The translations under genes and the position numbers were made by a program. A DNA stretch of 64,000 bases. Source: Polyangia bacterium. GTDB taxonomy: Bacteria; Myxococcota_A; Polyangia; JAAYKL01. The notes under the pieces are model-generated. The model was not told where the DNA came from and made no database searches. It saw nothing but the letters and a program-made list of their open reading frames with translations. Positions 26,945-38,066 of the stretch are shown here, one piece after another. Location: NCBI GenBank assembly GCA_050287845.1, contig JBNKCR010000055.1, positions 1 to 64,000 of the forward strand, given 5' to 3'. How positions within the stretch are numbered: the stretch's first letter is position 1; the number at the start of each line of letters is the position of its first letter.

Positions 26945-27139
26945 TTCCTGGCCTCCTTCGAATTTCGATTTAAACGCTCAGTAAATCAATTGACATTCCG
27001 TTCATTCAGGTATTGTCCCCACACACAAAGAACAGGATGCCGAGCCTCCCAATTGCTCTTCATCATTCCAGTTCTTCAAACGCGAACAGTACCTTCCATT
27101 TAATGTTGAATGATATACGGGATACGCGCCCCTTGAAAC

Positions 27140-27178
27140 AAAAAAAGCACACGGATTGACCGTCTGAAATCCGATGTT
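27140..27178 (-). terminator. Putative intrinsic terminator after the GH30 gene
   Basis: Minus strand reads ACATCGGATT-TCAGACGGTC-AATCCGTGT followed by GCTTTTTTT. Confidence 0.5.
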
Positions 27179-27260
27179 ATCGCCACGGAATCACAATACC
27201 GGATTCATGAAAAGCGATATGTAAGGAAAGACAATTCAGACGACAGGGTTGTTATGGGAT

Positions 27261-28892
27261 TTACCGGGCAGCGCCAACCAGGGTGGTGGCACTCTGGCCA
27301 TCGAACTCAACGGTAAGTGTACCATTTGCCGCCTCAGTCGCGCCTTCGCTGGTAGCATTCTTGCTCGATGAGGTGGAATATTTCTCAAACGAGGTTGTTT
27401 TTGATGGCACTGAGAACGTCAGTGTCTGGGAGGAAGTGGACTTGTTGACCACAACAATTACAACATCTGACGGCCCCTTATACGCCGACACATAAACATC
27501 CGACCCCGGGCTCCCGGACACATCCACCCGCACATACCCGCTCCTCACAAACTTGGAGTACTGCGCCATACAATATCCGCGCTTGCTGATTGTTCCATCC
27601 TCTTTCATGGGGCCATACTGCCGGCGGATATACCACCAGACATACGCCTGGAACTCGGCTTCCACCATTGCGTTATGAATATGCTGCGCGACTTCCAGCG
27701 CTTCCGGCCAGCGATCTGCGGAGTTATCGTCGCTGTTGGGCACATACACCTCTGTCATCCACAATTCCTTTCCTGCGCCTTTTTGCTTGAAAAGGGGATA
27801 TGGGAAATCTCGAACCTGAGTGCCATAAAGATGCGCGCCCAATATATCCATATTCTCCAGAGCAGCCGGATCGTTCAGAATAGGATCTGACATGACTTTA
27901 CGATACTGGAAAGATTCTGGAGCCATCACCCTGAACGGCAACGACGGGCCCTGGGTTTTAAGAAAATTCACCATCTCATCTGCGCTCCACCAGGTCCAGT
28001 CATGGGCGTAATCCGGCTCGTTCTGTATCGAAACCGAGTACAGATCAATACCGCCTTCGTTGGTCATTGTATTGTAATAATCGGTAAGATGCGCCGCGTA
28101 CTCGGCGTACATGGACGGATTCACATGCTTCTCACCGTTTATGGTTGTCGCTAAATTGGCAGGCGGATTCCACGGCGATGCGAATATCAGCGCCCCAAGC
28201 TCCTGTGCTCTTCGAGCCGTTTCAAAATCCCTGCTCCAATCTCTGGAGTTATCGCTGATAAACAGTCTCAACACGGTGAACCCAAGCTGATCCGGCCCAT
28301 TTCCAAATGCGGTCTCCCGCTGCGCCGCAGTCAGATCACCTATCCACACAGGATGATTGATCCCGCCAAAGCCTCGAATCACCTGCTTCTCACTGCTGAT
28401 ATCCACACACAGGGTGCTGCCTGCGCAATTGACATCTCCAAAATCCGCATCGGCATCCGTGTCTGTATCGGTATCGGTGTCCGTATCGGTATCAGTGTCC
28501 GTATCGGTATCGGTGTCGGTTGTACCATTGGGATCCGTCGCTCCCTCGCAACAACGCAAGCCATCGTCACAAACGCCGTCCACCGATGTGCCGCCCCATG
28601 ACATACAATGGGGAAGGCATTCATACGCACAATCGCCCTCAGTATCTGAATCAATGTCCGTATCCGTGTCGGAATCCGTGTCGGAATCCGTGTCGGAATC
28701 AGTATCCGTGTCGTTGTCACTGTCCGTATCGCTATCCGTATCTGTGTCGGCATCCGTATCTGTATCGACATCCGTATCCGCATCAGCCGAGCTATCCCCC
28801 GATGGTTCAACGCCGTCGCTGGACGGAGAACAGCCTGAACTGAAAGCAAACAGACTCATCAACACCAGCAAAATATAAGGTATCCTATACAT
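27261..28892 (-). CDS. GH30_8 glucuronoxylanase lipoprotein with DT linkers and a six-Cys mini-domain
   Basis: Lipobox SSGC; QVIRGFGG, ASPWNPP, QNEPD (acid/base), WMTEVY (nucleophile) and WWYIRR. ATG 28892 follows GGAG. Confidence 0.93.
   Translation of the reverse strand: MYRIPYILLVLMSLFAFSSGCSPSSDGVEPSGDSSADADTDVDTDTDADTDTDSDTDSDNDTDTDSDTDSDTDSDTDTDIDSDTEGDCAYECLPHCMSWGGTSVDGVCDDGLRCCEGATDPNGTTDTDTDTDTDTDTDTDTDTDTDADADFGDVNCAGSTLCVDISSEKQVIRGFGGINHPVWIGDLTAAQRETAFGNGPDQLGFTVLRLFISDNSRDWSRDFETARRAQELGALIFASPWNPPANLATTINGEKHVNPSMYAEYAAHLTDYYNTMTNEGGIDLYSVSIQNEPDYAHDWTWWSADEMVNFLKTQGPSLPFRVMAPESFQYRKVMSDPILNDPAALENMDILGAHLYGTQVRDFPYPLFKQKGAGKELWMTEVYVPNSDDNSADRWPEALEVAQHIHNAMVEAEFQAYVWWYIRRQYGPMKEDGTISKRGYCMAQYSKFVRSGYVRVDVSGSPGSDVYVSAYKGPSDVVIVVVNKSTSSQTLTFSVPSKTTSFEKYSTSSSKNATSEGATEAANGTLTVEFDGQSATTLVGAAR
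28443..28786 (-). repeat. Two (DT/DS)n hexamer coding repeats flanking the Cys module of the GH30 gene
   Basis: Degenerate GAY-ACN/TCN runs at about 28443-28520 and 28640-28786. Confidence 0.9.
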
Positions 28893-29045
28893 TTCCGTTT
28901 CTCCCATGTGAAAAAGTGAGGCTGATGTCCTGTAATTTACAAAAGGTGACATCTGGTTGATGTGCAAAATGAACGGCAGAAATGGGTGGATGAATTGATT
29001 CAGACAGGACTGGCCGACCGAAGGAACGATTGATAATTGTAAAAC

Positions 29046-29234
29046 CTACTCCGGCCATTTTTTTCGCTGGGGGTTTTCCCAGGGGGCACTGCATAAAATG
29101 CAATCGTTGCCGAAGAAATATTTCATCGCACCGGTATCATTGTAAATCCAGTACCGGAGCCAGGCCAGAATGGCAGGTCGTTCCTCTCCACCGCCGTTAC
29201 TTTCTATATTTGGTATCAGAAAAGGAGTGGACAT
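29046..29234 (-). pseudogene. 3' remnant of an alpha/beta-hydrolase (cutinase/lipase-like) gene
   Basis: GGGEERPAILAWLRYWIYNDTGAMKYFFGNDCILCSAPWENPQRKKW resembles the 'AW.R..L..D..A...F.G..C.LC..W' C-terminus of secreted alpha/beta hydrolases. No catalytic core lies upstream. Confidence 0.55.
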
Positions 29235-29707
29235 CGAATTCGCAAAAAAGGTAGAAAACTCACGACTGCGACAAAAGTATGCTGTGGTGTCTATCCCTCT
29301 CCTGCTGGTCTGTAGCGCATTACCTTCTGCGAACGCTGCGGAGAATGAACGCTGAATAGGCCCCGACCATTTTTACTTCAGGAATTTCCGCTATAAATGC
29401 AGGATTAAATATATAACGAGATCAAACACAGGAAATAGCGTATTTGTGTATTCCATTCGAAAATATTACTGGATATTCATTGATAAATTCCCAAGCTATG
29501 TTCATCAAATTTACAAAGAGAATCCTCAATGGGGACTGTGGCGTTAAAACTTTATGTTATTATAGGTTGAACTTAATTTTTTTGTAAAGCGGAGCTTAAC
29601 GGATTTGTAATCAGTGGAACACGTATAGAGCGCGCGAATTGGCGGTTCAACAAGGCAAATAGCTGTCGTTTCTGACATTCTATTGCCATTCAGAAGGAGA
29701 TAACACC

Positions 29708-31600
29708 ATGGTAGAAAAACCATTACACCTTATCGTGGCGGTATGCCTGGCGATGTTTATGGCAATGTTGGGATGCACACCAGTAGCCGAGGAAGACAGA
29801 GACGACAGCAGGTCTGATTCGCATGATGATGAGACGGACGCCCCGGAGGATGAAACTGATTCGTCCAGTGAAGAAGACACCGGGGACGAACTGGAAACCG
29901 AGGTTGAAACCGAGGTTGAAACCGAACAGGAAACCGAGGTTGAAAAGGAAACGGAAACGGTGGACCTGTGCGGCAATTCCATTCTGGATGAAAATGAAGC
30001 ATGCGATGATGGCGGCAAGGAGGATGGCGACGGCTGCGCTGCGGATTGCCTTGAGGTTACAGAAGGATATGCGTGTATCCCCCCCGGAAAAGCGTGTCAT
30101 ATGATTGCCCTCTGTGGCGATGGAAAGGTTCAGGCTCCCGAACTCTGTGACGATGGAGGCCGGGAAAATCGGGACGGTTGCAGCCAGAACTGCCAGGTGG
30201 AGATGGGCTATAAATGTGAAGGGGAACCCAGCGAGTGCACCGAGACCGAATGTGGAGACGGAAAGCTGGAAGGAGCGGAAAGCTGCGACGACGAGAATCT
30301 GATTCCCTTTGATGGATGTTCACGAATCTGTCAGAAGGAACCGGACTGTTCCGGCGGAGCCTGTGAATCCGAATGCGGCGATGGCCTGGTGCTTGGCGCG
30401 ACGGAATCCTGCGATGACGGCAACACGGTCTCCGGCGACGGATGTTCGTCTGAATGCGAAATCGAAGAAGGATATACCTGTGTACAGGAAGAATGTGCTG
30501 CAGATGCCGTTGAATGCGTACTTCGCGTTCCCGTAATTTACAGGGATTTTAACGAATCCCATCCGGATTTCGAACCTGGCACAAATGGCTGCCGCGGCAC
30601 AGAAGGAGCCGTTGAGGCGGTAATTGGCGAGGACGGGCGCCCGGTTGCCACAGAATTCGCGGAAGATGCATGCATTACCCAGCTTGCTGACTGGTACACC
30701 AATGATCCGGCACTGTTCGGCGACACAATTCCATACAAGGTGAGTGAGCTGGTTCTATTTCCAGACGGCAACGGCGGTTATGTTAACCGGTATGGCGGCG
30801 AAGGAGAACAATGGATGGGTTACGATGTCAACGCAACGGTTACCGCAATCGCCGATGACGTGAACGATTGTATTGATGACGGCTGCGTGCCGTGCATCGC
30901 AGATCCCACCGAAGGATGCCCTCCCCCGGATGTGGCATACGATGGGACGCCCCTCTTCTTCCCGGTGGACGACATGGAATCTGCAGAATTTTTCGAAGCC
31001 GGTGTTCCCCCCGAATATGGCTGGTCAGGCGGACAAGGTGGCATCACCTGGTTGGATGAAGTCGATGTGACCGGAGAAGCAACCCAACACAATTTCCACT
31101 TCACATCGGAAGTCACCTATTGGTTCACATATGATGATTCAACAGAGGCGATTTTCAACTTTGCCGGTGACGATGACGTTTTTGTGTTTGTAAATGGACA
31201 ACTGGCGGTTGACCTGGGTGGCATCCACGGTCCGATATTCGGTTCTGTCACCATTTCTGCAGAGAATTCCTTTGGTATGGAAAATGGTTCCGTATACGAA
31301 ATCCGGGTATTTCACGCGGAACGCCAGACGATTGGCTCCTCTTTCAAGCTTACATTGAAAGGATTCAACTCTGCGCGCTCGGTGTGCACCCCCACCTGTG
31401 GAGATGGCATTCTGGGCCTCGGCGAGGAATGCGATGACGGCGTCAATGCCGGCGGGTATGCGCAATGTAACGAAGAGTGCAAGTATGACGCCTACTGCGG
31501 AGATGGCATTCTCCAAAAAGAATACGAAGACTGTGACGATGGCAATTTTTCCAATGGAGACGACTGTCCGTCATCCTGCAGGCTGATTAGAGTGGAATAA
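29708..31600 (+). CDS. Lipoprotein with myxococcal Cys-rich repeats (DUF4215-like) and a fibro-slime (PA14-like) domain
   Basis: Lipobox MLGC; multiple CGDG…E.CDDG…DGCS..C repeats; YRDFNESHPDFE, FFPVD, HNFHFTSE, GDDDVFVFVNGQLAVDLGGIH and FHAER. Confidence 0.92.
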   Translation: MVEKPLHLIVAVCLAMFMAMLGCTPVAEEDRDDSRSDSHDDETDAPEDETDSSSEEDTGDELETEVETEVETEQETEVEKETETVDLCGNSILDENEACDDGGKEDGDGCAADCLEVTEGYACIPPGKACHMIALCGDGKVQAPELCDDGGRENRDGCSQNCQVEMGYKCEGEPSECTETECGDGKLEGAESCDDENLIPFDGCSRICQKEPDCSGGACESECGDGLVLGATESCDDGNTVSGDGCSSECEIEEGYTCVQEECAADAVECVLRVPVIYRDFNESHPDFEPGTNGCRGTEGAVEAVIGEDGRPVATEFAEDACITQLADWYTNDPALFGDTIPYKVSELVLFPDGNGGYVNRYGGEGEQWMGYDVNATVTAIADDVNDCIDDGCVPCIADPTEGCPPPDVAYDGTPLFFPVDDMESAEFFEAGVPPEYGWSGGQGGITWLDEVDVTGEATQHNFHFTSEVTYWFTYDDSTEAIFNFAGDDDVFVFVNGQLAVDLGGIHGPIFGSVTISAENSFGMENGSVYEIRVFHAERQTIGSSFKLTLKGFNSARSVCTPTCGDGILGLGEECDDGVNAGGYAQCNEECKYDAYCGDGILQKEYEDCDDGNFSNGDDCPSSCRLIRVE

Positions 31601-31797
31601 GAGCACGCCAGCATCTTGATAGTTGAGATCACCCAATTTTATCTGCCGTTTTTCACTTACGTTTTGAGGTTTCCTTCACTCAGGTATATAGTGAATATAC
31701 CTACCCCGGCAGCAGACAGATGAGATAACTTTGGGGGTAATTTTTTAAGGCAAATACGACAGTGCGGAAAAAAGGTCCGCGACAAGCAGGAGTTCAG

Positions 31798-33570
31798 ATG
31801 AAACGGCCAATCAATTCAGGAATGTTTATAGCAATCGCCGTGATCGGTATTCTGGCAGCCCCCCAGCCAGGTCATGCAGACAACCCGATTATCACCCATG
31901 AATATACGGCAGATCCCAATGCGATCGTGGCCAACGGCCGTGTGTATATTTACTGCTCCAATGATGAGCAGAACACGATGTCCGGAAGTGATGTGAATTA
32001 TGATCTCGTAAGATACACCCTTATTTCTTCAGATGATCTGGTAAACTGGACGGATCATGGCGAGGTCTTCGATGTGAAGGACATTCCCTGGGCCAATCAG
32101 GCGTATGCGCCGACCGCTGTGGAGCGAGACGGGAAATACTATCTTTTCTTTCCAAACGGCGCGTCAGGCATTGGTGTGGTAGTCGCCGATCAGCCGGAAG
32201 GTCCGTATCGGGATGAACTCGGACACGCACTGATTGATCGAAGCACACCCAACTGTGATGCAACCGGTGTTCCATGGCTGTTCGATCCGGCGATATTCAT
32301 TGACGACGATGGGAAGGGGTATTTGTATTTTGGCGGCGGATATAACAATCCCCAACGGGAAAACCTCCAGGCGTCATATGCCCGCGGCGTTGCACTGGGC
32401 GACGATCTCATGTCCCTCGCCGGAAGTGTGGTCACTATTCCCGTACCATATTTCTTCGAAGCGTCATTCATGCACAAACGGGACGATGTGTATTATTTCT
32501 CCTACTCGTCAGATTTTGCGGAAGGCGCTGCTACCATCAGCTATGCCACAAGCACAGGCCCCCTGAGCGGATTTCAGTACGAGGGGGTTGCGTTGCCGGC
32601 GCCTCCTGACAATCTCGGAAACAACAACCACGCATCCATCTTTGAATACGAGGGAGAATGGTACATCGCATACCACAACCGCGCCGTTTCCGGCGAAGCC
32701 CACAGGCGCTCCGTCAATCTGGACAAGCTGGCGGGATACAACGAGGATGGGACGATTCGGGAGACCACCCCAACGAAGGAAGGTGTTGAACAGATTCGTT
32801 ATGGAAATCCCTACGAAATCGTGCAGGCGGAAACCATTGACCGTGAAAGTGGTATTGAAACAGAATTTGTCACTTATGGCGAAGTGCATCTCGCTAATAT
32901 TGAAAATGGTGACTGGACTCAGTTTACCGGTTTTGATTTTGGAGATGCCGGCGCAACCGAGGTGGAGTTCACGGTCTCCAGTGATACCCAGGGAGGCAGC
33001 ATTGAAATCCATATCGGTTCGCCGGATGGCGAATTGGCCGGCACCTGCGAAGTCCCCAACACCGGTGGCTGGCAGAACTGGCAGACCGTCAGTTGTTCAG
33101 TAAGTGGCCTTACCGGCGTTAAAACAGTTGTCTTCCGGTACACAGGCGGTAGCGGCAACCTGATGAATGTCGATTACTATCAGTTCATAGGTGACGAGGT
33201 CGATACAGAAACGTCAAGTGACGCCGATACCGATACGGACACTGATACCGATACGGACACTGACACCGATACGGATACTGACACCGATACAGATACTGAC
33301 ACTGATACAGATTCCGACTCCGATACGGATACGGATACGGATACGGATACGGATACGGATTCCGATTCTGACTCCGATGCGGATTCAGACACGGATTCCG
33401 ACGCGGACTCTGATTCAGATGCCGACTCCGACGCGGATTCCGATTCGGACTCTGATTCAGACGATGGAGATGCATCAGACTCCGGCAGCGAAAGCTGTAG
33501 CTGTACGGTACCTGATCGCCCCTTCCGTGCAACGGGATTGCTCTGGTACCTTCTGCAGCTGGCCCAATAA
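31798..33570 (+). CDS. Secreted GH43 arabinoxylan arabinofuranosidase/xylosidase with CBM6, a DT linker and a MYXO-CTERM-like tail
   Basis: Signal peptide then ADNPII; catalytic motifs [15 protein letters not shown] and FFEAS; CBM6 IENGDW…NTGGWQNW…NVDYYQF; tail SCSCTVP…[11 protein letters not shown]. Confidence 0.92.
   Translation: MKRPINSGMFIAIAVIGILAAPQPGHADNPIITHEYTADPNAIVANGRVYIYCSNDEQNTMSGSDVNYDLVRYTLISSDDLVNWTDHGEVFDVKDIPWANQAYAPTAVERDGKYYLFFPNGASGIGVVVADQPEGPYRDELGHALIDRSTPNCDATGVPWLFDPAIFIDDDGKGYLYFGGGYNNPQRENLQASYARGVALGDDLMSLAGSVVTIPVPYFFEASFMHKRDDVYYFSYSSDFAEGAATISYATSTGPLSGFQYEGVALPAPPDNLGNNNHASIFEYEGEWYIAYHNRAVSGEAHRRSVNLDKLAGYNEDGTIRETTPTKEGVEQIRYGNPYEIVQAETIDRESGIETEFVTYGEVHLANIENGDWTQFTGFDFGDAGATEVEFTVSSDTQGGSIEIHIGSPDGELAGTCEVPNTGGWQNWQTVSCSVSGLTGVKTVVFRYTGGSGNLMNVDYYQFIGDEVDTETSSDADTDTDTDTDTDTDTDTDTDTDTDTDTDTDSDSDTDTDTDTDTDTDSDSDSDADSDTDSDADSDSDADSDADSDSDSDSDDGDASDSGSESCSCTVPDRPFRATGLLWYLLQLAQ
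33220..33465 (+). repeat. (DT/DS/DA)n hexamer coding repeat, about 80 aa
   Basis: Continuous GAY-NCN/ACN hexamers, including a perfect (GATACG)n run. Confidence 0.93.
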
Positions 33571-33885
33571 ATCGCACATCTCAGATTCACCCAGTCTACA
33601 CAAACTCAAATTCATTCCCCCCCCAAAAAAAATTCGGGCCAGTACACCGGCAGGGCGATTTCAAATGCCATGGCCCCAATGATTATCCATTGACAGAGTA
33701 AAGCATACAGAGTCGTTCATCCAAATGCTGCAGGACGTGCAGCAGTGAGTTGTGCCTCCCCGATTATCCTCACAATCTGTTTCAGGGCGCATAGACGAAA
33801 CAGAAAAAAAGTCGTATCAAAAGAAGCCATGCACTACTGCTATATGCGCTCATTGCATCTCCCCTATTCTACTTCCACCTTGCAG

Positions 33886-34968
33886 ATGCAAGTACTCCTG
33901 AAGTTATCGGTCGCTATCGCCCTGACTTTTTTTCCGTGCATCATTCCACGGAAAGGACAGGCACAGGCTTTGTCAGATACAACTCAAACCACAGTGCTCA
34001 TGGTCGAAATCGAAGGTATCACTCCCAATTCCGCAGAGCTGCTCACGGCAATCCAGGCACAACTTTCCGCATCTCAAATCGAAATTCACAAAACCCGCGC
34101 CGACAACACGGAATACAAAAATATCTCCTATGTCGAAACCGCTTCCCTGCTGAGTAAAAACTACAATGCGCCAATCCTTTTCTGGATACAGGACTTCCCC
34201 GGAGAAACGACCATCTTTTTCTACAATACCATTGATGCGCCGAATCATATTTACCGGCGAATACTGAAATTCGAATCCACGAATCTTTCAAGCCGGTTCG
34301 AAGTGGTGGCCAACGCCGTTTCCGGACTGCTTGAAGAGTCCGTCGTGACACATCCGAAACGCCATGCCGGCACGAGTTTTCCCAGCCCGAAAGGAAGAGC
34401 ATTCACCGACCCCCATCCAACTGAAAAGCCCCATCCAAAAAGCACCAGCTCAGAACTGTCTGCATCCTACCGGGGGGCACTGTTCTCCAGTGACCGGTTC
34501 TCCAATGGCATCGAAATCGGCGTGGGCTTTCAACCGGGAACCCGGTTGGCTTTCAACATCTCATTCACCCAGAACCTGAGCATGAACTGGGAATCCGATG
34601 ATATTCGGCTGTCTGTCATGTCGCGAAATCTTTCAGCCGCCATCGCCATCAGAATCATTATGAAAACCGTCGAATTTCGACCGGGCATTCTGTGGTGCAC
34701 CAGCATACGAACCTACACAATCCGGGCGTCAACAGATACACTCCGTATTCGTGCCCCCAATTCAGAGGCCATTCACAGTATTGTTCCATTCATATCGATG
34801 CTGTGGCCCGTTCACGGAAATATCGCCGTGCTGGTAAGTATGGGAGCAAGTATCTCTCTAAATGAAACAGTCTACCAGATAACCCGCATTGAAAGCAGTG
34901 AACAAACAATGACAGCACCACTTCTGGTAAAGCCCACTGTTCTTTTGGGAATCATGGTGCTGTTATAG
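33886..34968 (+). CDS. Hypothetical secreted protein with a probable C-terminal beta-barrel-like region
   Basis: Long ORF (track 33745..34968) with a signal-like segment from ATG 33886, a Pro-rich hinge and alternating hydrophobic strands in the C-terminal half. The start is uncertain. Confidence 0.55.
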   Translation: MQVLLKLSVAIALTFFPCIIPRKGQAQALSDTTQTTVLMVEIEGITPNSAELLTAIQAQLSASQIEIHKTRADNTEYKNISYVETASLLSKNYNAPILFWIQDFPGETTIFFYNTIDAPNHIYRRILKFESTNLSSRFEVVANAVSGLLEESVVTHPKRHAGTSFPSPKGRAFTDPHPTEKPHPKSTSSELSASYRGALFSSDRFSNGIEIGVGFQPGTRLAFNISFTQNLSMNWESDDIRLSVMSRNLSAAIAIRIIMKTVEFRPGILWCTSIRTYTIRASTDTLRIRAPNSEAIHSIVPFISMLWPVHGNIAVLVSMGASISLNETVYQITRIESSEQTMTAPLLVKPTVLLGIMVLL

Positions 34969-35088
34969 GTGTCCGCCATTGAATGGCGAAAGATTCCTTA
35001 AAAAAAAGAGGCTCGGAAACTATGGGGAGTTTTGACCGGGATTTGTTCATTTCTCAAGCAGGGATATGAAAGGAAGAAATTGGAGCTA

Positions 35089-37887
35089 TCAATTTTTTCT
35101 TACTATTTCATATGTTTTACCGGCTTCCGTCTTAAAGTCATACACGTAGGTGTCTGGAATCAGCGGTGTGCTCAAGTTTGCAGAGGGCGAGATGAGGGGC
35201 GTTTTGACTCTGGCGGTTTTAAAATATAAATTTTCATTCGTGCCGGTCGCTTCGGTCAGCGCAGTTCCATCCCCCATCGTTACCTCGTTGGGAACCCGGA
35301 TACGACAGTTTCCACCCAGACTGGACTCAATTACAATCCGATCAACCTGTCTGTCGGTCCAACTGAATCCCACTTCAAATCCGCCGTATGTCCGAATTCC
35401 GCGAATCGCCCCGGTACTGGCCCATTCATCCGGCAATGCGGGCAGAATGTGAATGGCACCGTCGTGAGTCTGCAGCAGCATTTCAGTTATCCCGGCGGTG
35501 CAACCGAAATTTCCATCAATCTGGAACGGCGGATGCGCGTCAAAAAGGTTGGGATATGTGCCGCCACCTTCGCCACCATTTACCCCCGGATCCACCAGTG
35601 ACAACTGATCTGAAATCAATTTAAACGCGTGGTTGCCGTCCAGCAGCCGCGCCCAGAAATTCACCTTCCATCCCATCGACCACCCGGTAGATGCATCTCC
35701 GCGATGTTCCAGCGTCGTTCGCGCGGCATCGAACAGTTCAGGTTCGGTATATGGTGAAATCTGCTTTCCCGGATGCAATCCAAACAGATGCGACACGTGC
35801 CGGTGCTTGTCCGCGGGATTGTCCCAATCTTCCATCCATTCCTGCAACTGGCCAAAACTGCCAATCTGCATCGGTGGCATGCGGTCCAGCAGGCTCTGCA
35901 GTTCCGCAGCGAACGCGTTGTCTGTATCCAGTGCCTCGGCGGCCTGTATAGTATTGGTGAAAAGGTCAAACAGTATCTGCACATCCATGGTGGCCCCCGC
36001 CACCACCGGGGTGCCGTTACCGTTGGGTACATTCTCCGGCGAAGTGGAAGGGCTTACCACCAGCCAACCATTTTTCGGTTCCTCAATGAGGAAATCCTGA
36101 TAAAATTCACACGCGGATTTCATGATGGGATATACCGATTCCAGATAGTCCCGATCGCCTCCATACAGATATTTTTCAAACAGATGCTGCGACAGCCATG
36201 CGGCGCTCATGGGCCACATCCCCCAGGTGCTACCATCTACCACTCCCGTGATACGCCATAAATCCGTATTGTGGTGCGCCACCCAGCCATCACATCCATA
36301 CATGGTCTGTGCGGTTTCCTGCCCCGTCACCGACAAATCACGTATCATTTCAATCAATGGTTCATGCATCTCGGTCAGGTTGCATTTTTCAGCGGGCCAG
36401 TAATTCATTTCCGTGTTGATGTTAATGGTATATTTGCTATCCCACATCGGATCCGTTGACCCGTTCCAGACTCCCTGAAGATTGGCGGGCTGCGTCCCGG
36501 GTTGAGAACTGGATATCAGCAGGTAGCGGCCAAATTGATAATAGGTGGTGACGAGATCCGCATCGTGACTGCTGGAAAAATCCCGCACTCTGGCATCTGT
36601 TGTGCGGTCTGACATGGATGATGTCCCCAGATTCAGGGCAACGCGATTAAAATATGTCTGAAAGGCCGCCATGTGGGCATCTCTCAGTTCATCATAGGAT
36701 TTCGACTCCGCCGTCGAAAGAAAATCTGTCGCCCGTTTCACTTCATTGGCAGTGAGTGTCTGGTAATCCACAAAATTTGTGGCAATGGAAACCAGAATGA
36801 CAACCTCATCCGCATTGGATACGTCAATACTGTTCATTCCAGCGCCAACTGAACCACCATCGTTGAGCACCTTAATGCGGGTATCCGATTTCACCTGGCC
36901 GGTCACCCCTTCGTGAGTACTGGAAAGGCCGGTCGCTTCGAGGGTGTTGCCGTCAATGACGTTGAGCCCTTTCTGCAGTTGCCCCTCAATGCCGACGGAA
37001 AAACTCAGACTCCCAGCCTGGTCGGCAGACAGATGAATCACAATGACCTCATCCGGCTTTGATGCAAACACCTTGCGGGTATACGTCACCCCACCGACGT
37101 TGTAGGTGGTCGTGGCCACGGCATTTTTCAAATCCAGTTCCCGATAATAATCGGTATACCCATTGTGCCCCGGAAACGACAATTTCAAATCGCCAATGGT
37201 CTGATACTTGGCGCCGTGCAACCGGGTGGCTACCATGTTCTGGTCAATCAGTGTTGCCGCCCCTGAATAGTTCCCCTGAAAAATCAAATCCCTCACCTGC
37301 TGCAGCACACCCAATGAATTGGGATTGTCGTTTCTGGAAGGCCCGCCCGACCAGAAAGTGTCTTCATTCAACTGCAGAGTCTCTTCAGCTGGACCGCCGA
37401 ATACCATCGCCCCCAACCGACCATTGCCCACCGGAAGCGCTTCGTTCCAGACGCCGGCAGGTCGATCATACCACAGTTTCAGACTCCCCTCATCCACCTG
37501 AATATCGTCAACGGGGTCCGCATCCGAATCCGTATCGGAATCGGAATCGGAATCAGAATCGGAATCGGAATCCGCATCTGTGTCGCTGTCTGTGTCCCCG
37601 TCGCTGTCGCTATCCGTATCACTGTCGCTGTCCCCGTCGCTGTCGCTGTCCGTATCGGTATCACTGTCCGTATCGGCGTCAGTATCTGTATCGGCGTCGC
37701 TATCCGTATCAGTGTCGCTATCCGTGTCAGTGTCGCTATCGGCGTCTGTATCGCCATCTGTATCCGCGTCGCTGTCCGTATCTGAATCAGACACATTTTC
37801 CGTGTCACTGGATTTCGCATCATCGGAACAACCACCGACAAAACTCAACGCAAACAACATTAACAAAAATACTTCCCTGATACTCAT
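35089..37887 (-). CDS. GH95 alpha-L-fucosidase/alpha-L-galactosidase lipoprotein with a DT linker
   Basis: Lipobox [56 protein letters not shown] and [16 protein letters not shown] before ATG 37887. Confidence 0.95.
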   Translation of the reverse strand: MSIREVFLLMLFALSFVGGCSDDAKSSDTENVSDSDTDSDADTDGDTDADSDTDTDSDTDTDSDADTDTDADTDSDTDTDSDSDGDSDSDTDSDSDGDTDSDTDADSDSDSDSDSDSDTDSDADPVDDIQVDEGSLKLWYDRPAGVWNEALPVGNGRLGAMVFGGPAEETLQLNEDTFWSGGPSRNDNPNSLGVLQQVRDLIFQGNYSGAATLIDQNMVATRLHGAKYQTIGDLKLSFPGHNGYTDYYRELDLKNAVATTTYNVGGVTYTRKVFASKPDEVIVIHLSADQAGSLSFSVGIEGQLQKGLNVIDGNTLEATGLSSTHEGVTGQVKSDTRIKVLNDGGSVGAGMNSIDVSNADEVVILVSIATNFVDYQTLTANEVKRATDFLSTAESKSYDELRDAHMAAFQTYFNRVALNLGTSSMSDRTTDARVRDFSSSHDADLVTTYYQFGRYLLISSSQPGTQPANLQGVWNGSTDPMWDSKYTININTEMNYWPAEKCNLTEMHEPLIEMIRDLSVTGQETAQTMYGCDGWVAHHNTDLWRITGVVDGSTWGMWPMSAAWLSQHLFEKYLYGGDRDYLESVYPIMKSACEFYQDFLIEEPKNGWLVVSPSTSPENVPNGNGTPVVAGATMDVQILFDLFTNTIQAAEALDTDNAFAAELQSLLDRMPPMQIGSFGQLQEWMEDWDNPADKHRHVSHLFGLHPGKQISPYTEPELFDAARTTLEHRGDASTGWSMGWKVNFWARLLDGNHAFKLISDQLSLVDPGVNGGEGGGTYPNLFDAHPPFQIDGNFGCTAGITEMLLQTHDGAIHILPALPDEWASTGAIRGIRTYGGFEVGFSWTDRQVDRIVIESSLGGNCRIRVPNEVTMGDGTALTEATGTNENLYFKTARVKTPLISPSANLSTPLIPDTYVYDFKTEAGKTYEIVRKN
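37517..37790 (-). repeat. (DT/DS)n hexamer coding repeat in the GH95 linker
   Basis: About 90 aa of alternating Asp-X encoded by degenerate hexamers. Confidence 0.9.
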
Positions 37888-38066
37888 TGGTTCGCCTCCA
37901 AAAAAATTGGCCATGCATATGATAAATGAAAACTGAGTATTCCCAGATGCCGAAGAGCACTCCCGATCATACCGTGGCGTAGCCCGCATAGTCTGATAAC
38001 GGGTGGATTACAGTGAATTTTCCAGGGGATGTCCTCATCCGCCCACTCTCCGTTTCAACGATGAAT

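Noticed and set aside
33180..33682. ORFs reading (SV)n, (IR/IP)n or (YP/YR)n over the DT tracts (also near 28357, 37580, 41895, 42144 and 53225)
   Set aside because: They are alternative-frame artefacts of stop-free hexamer repeats.
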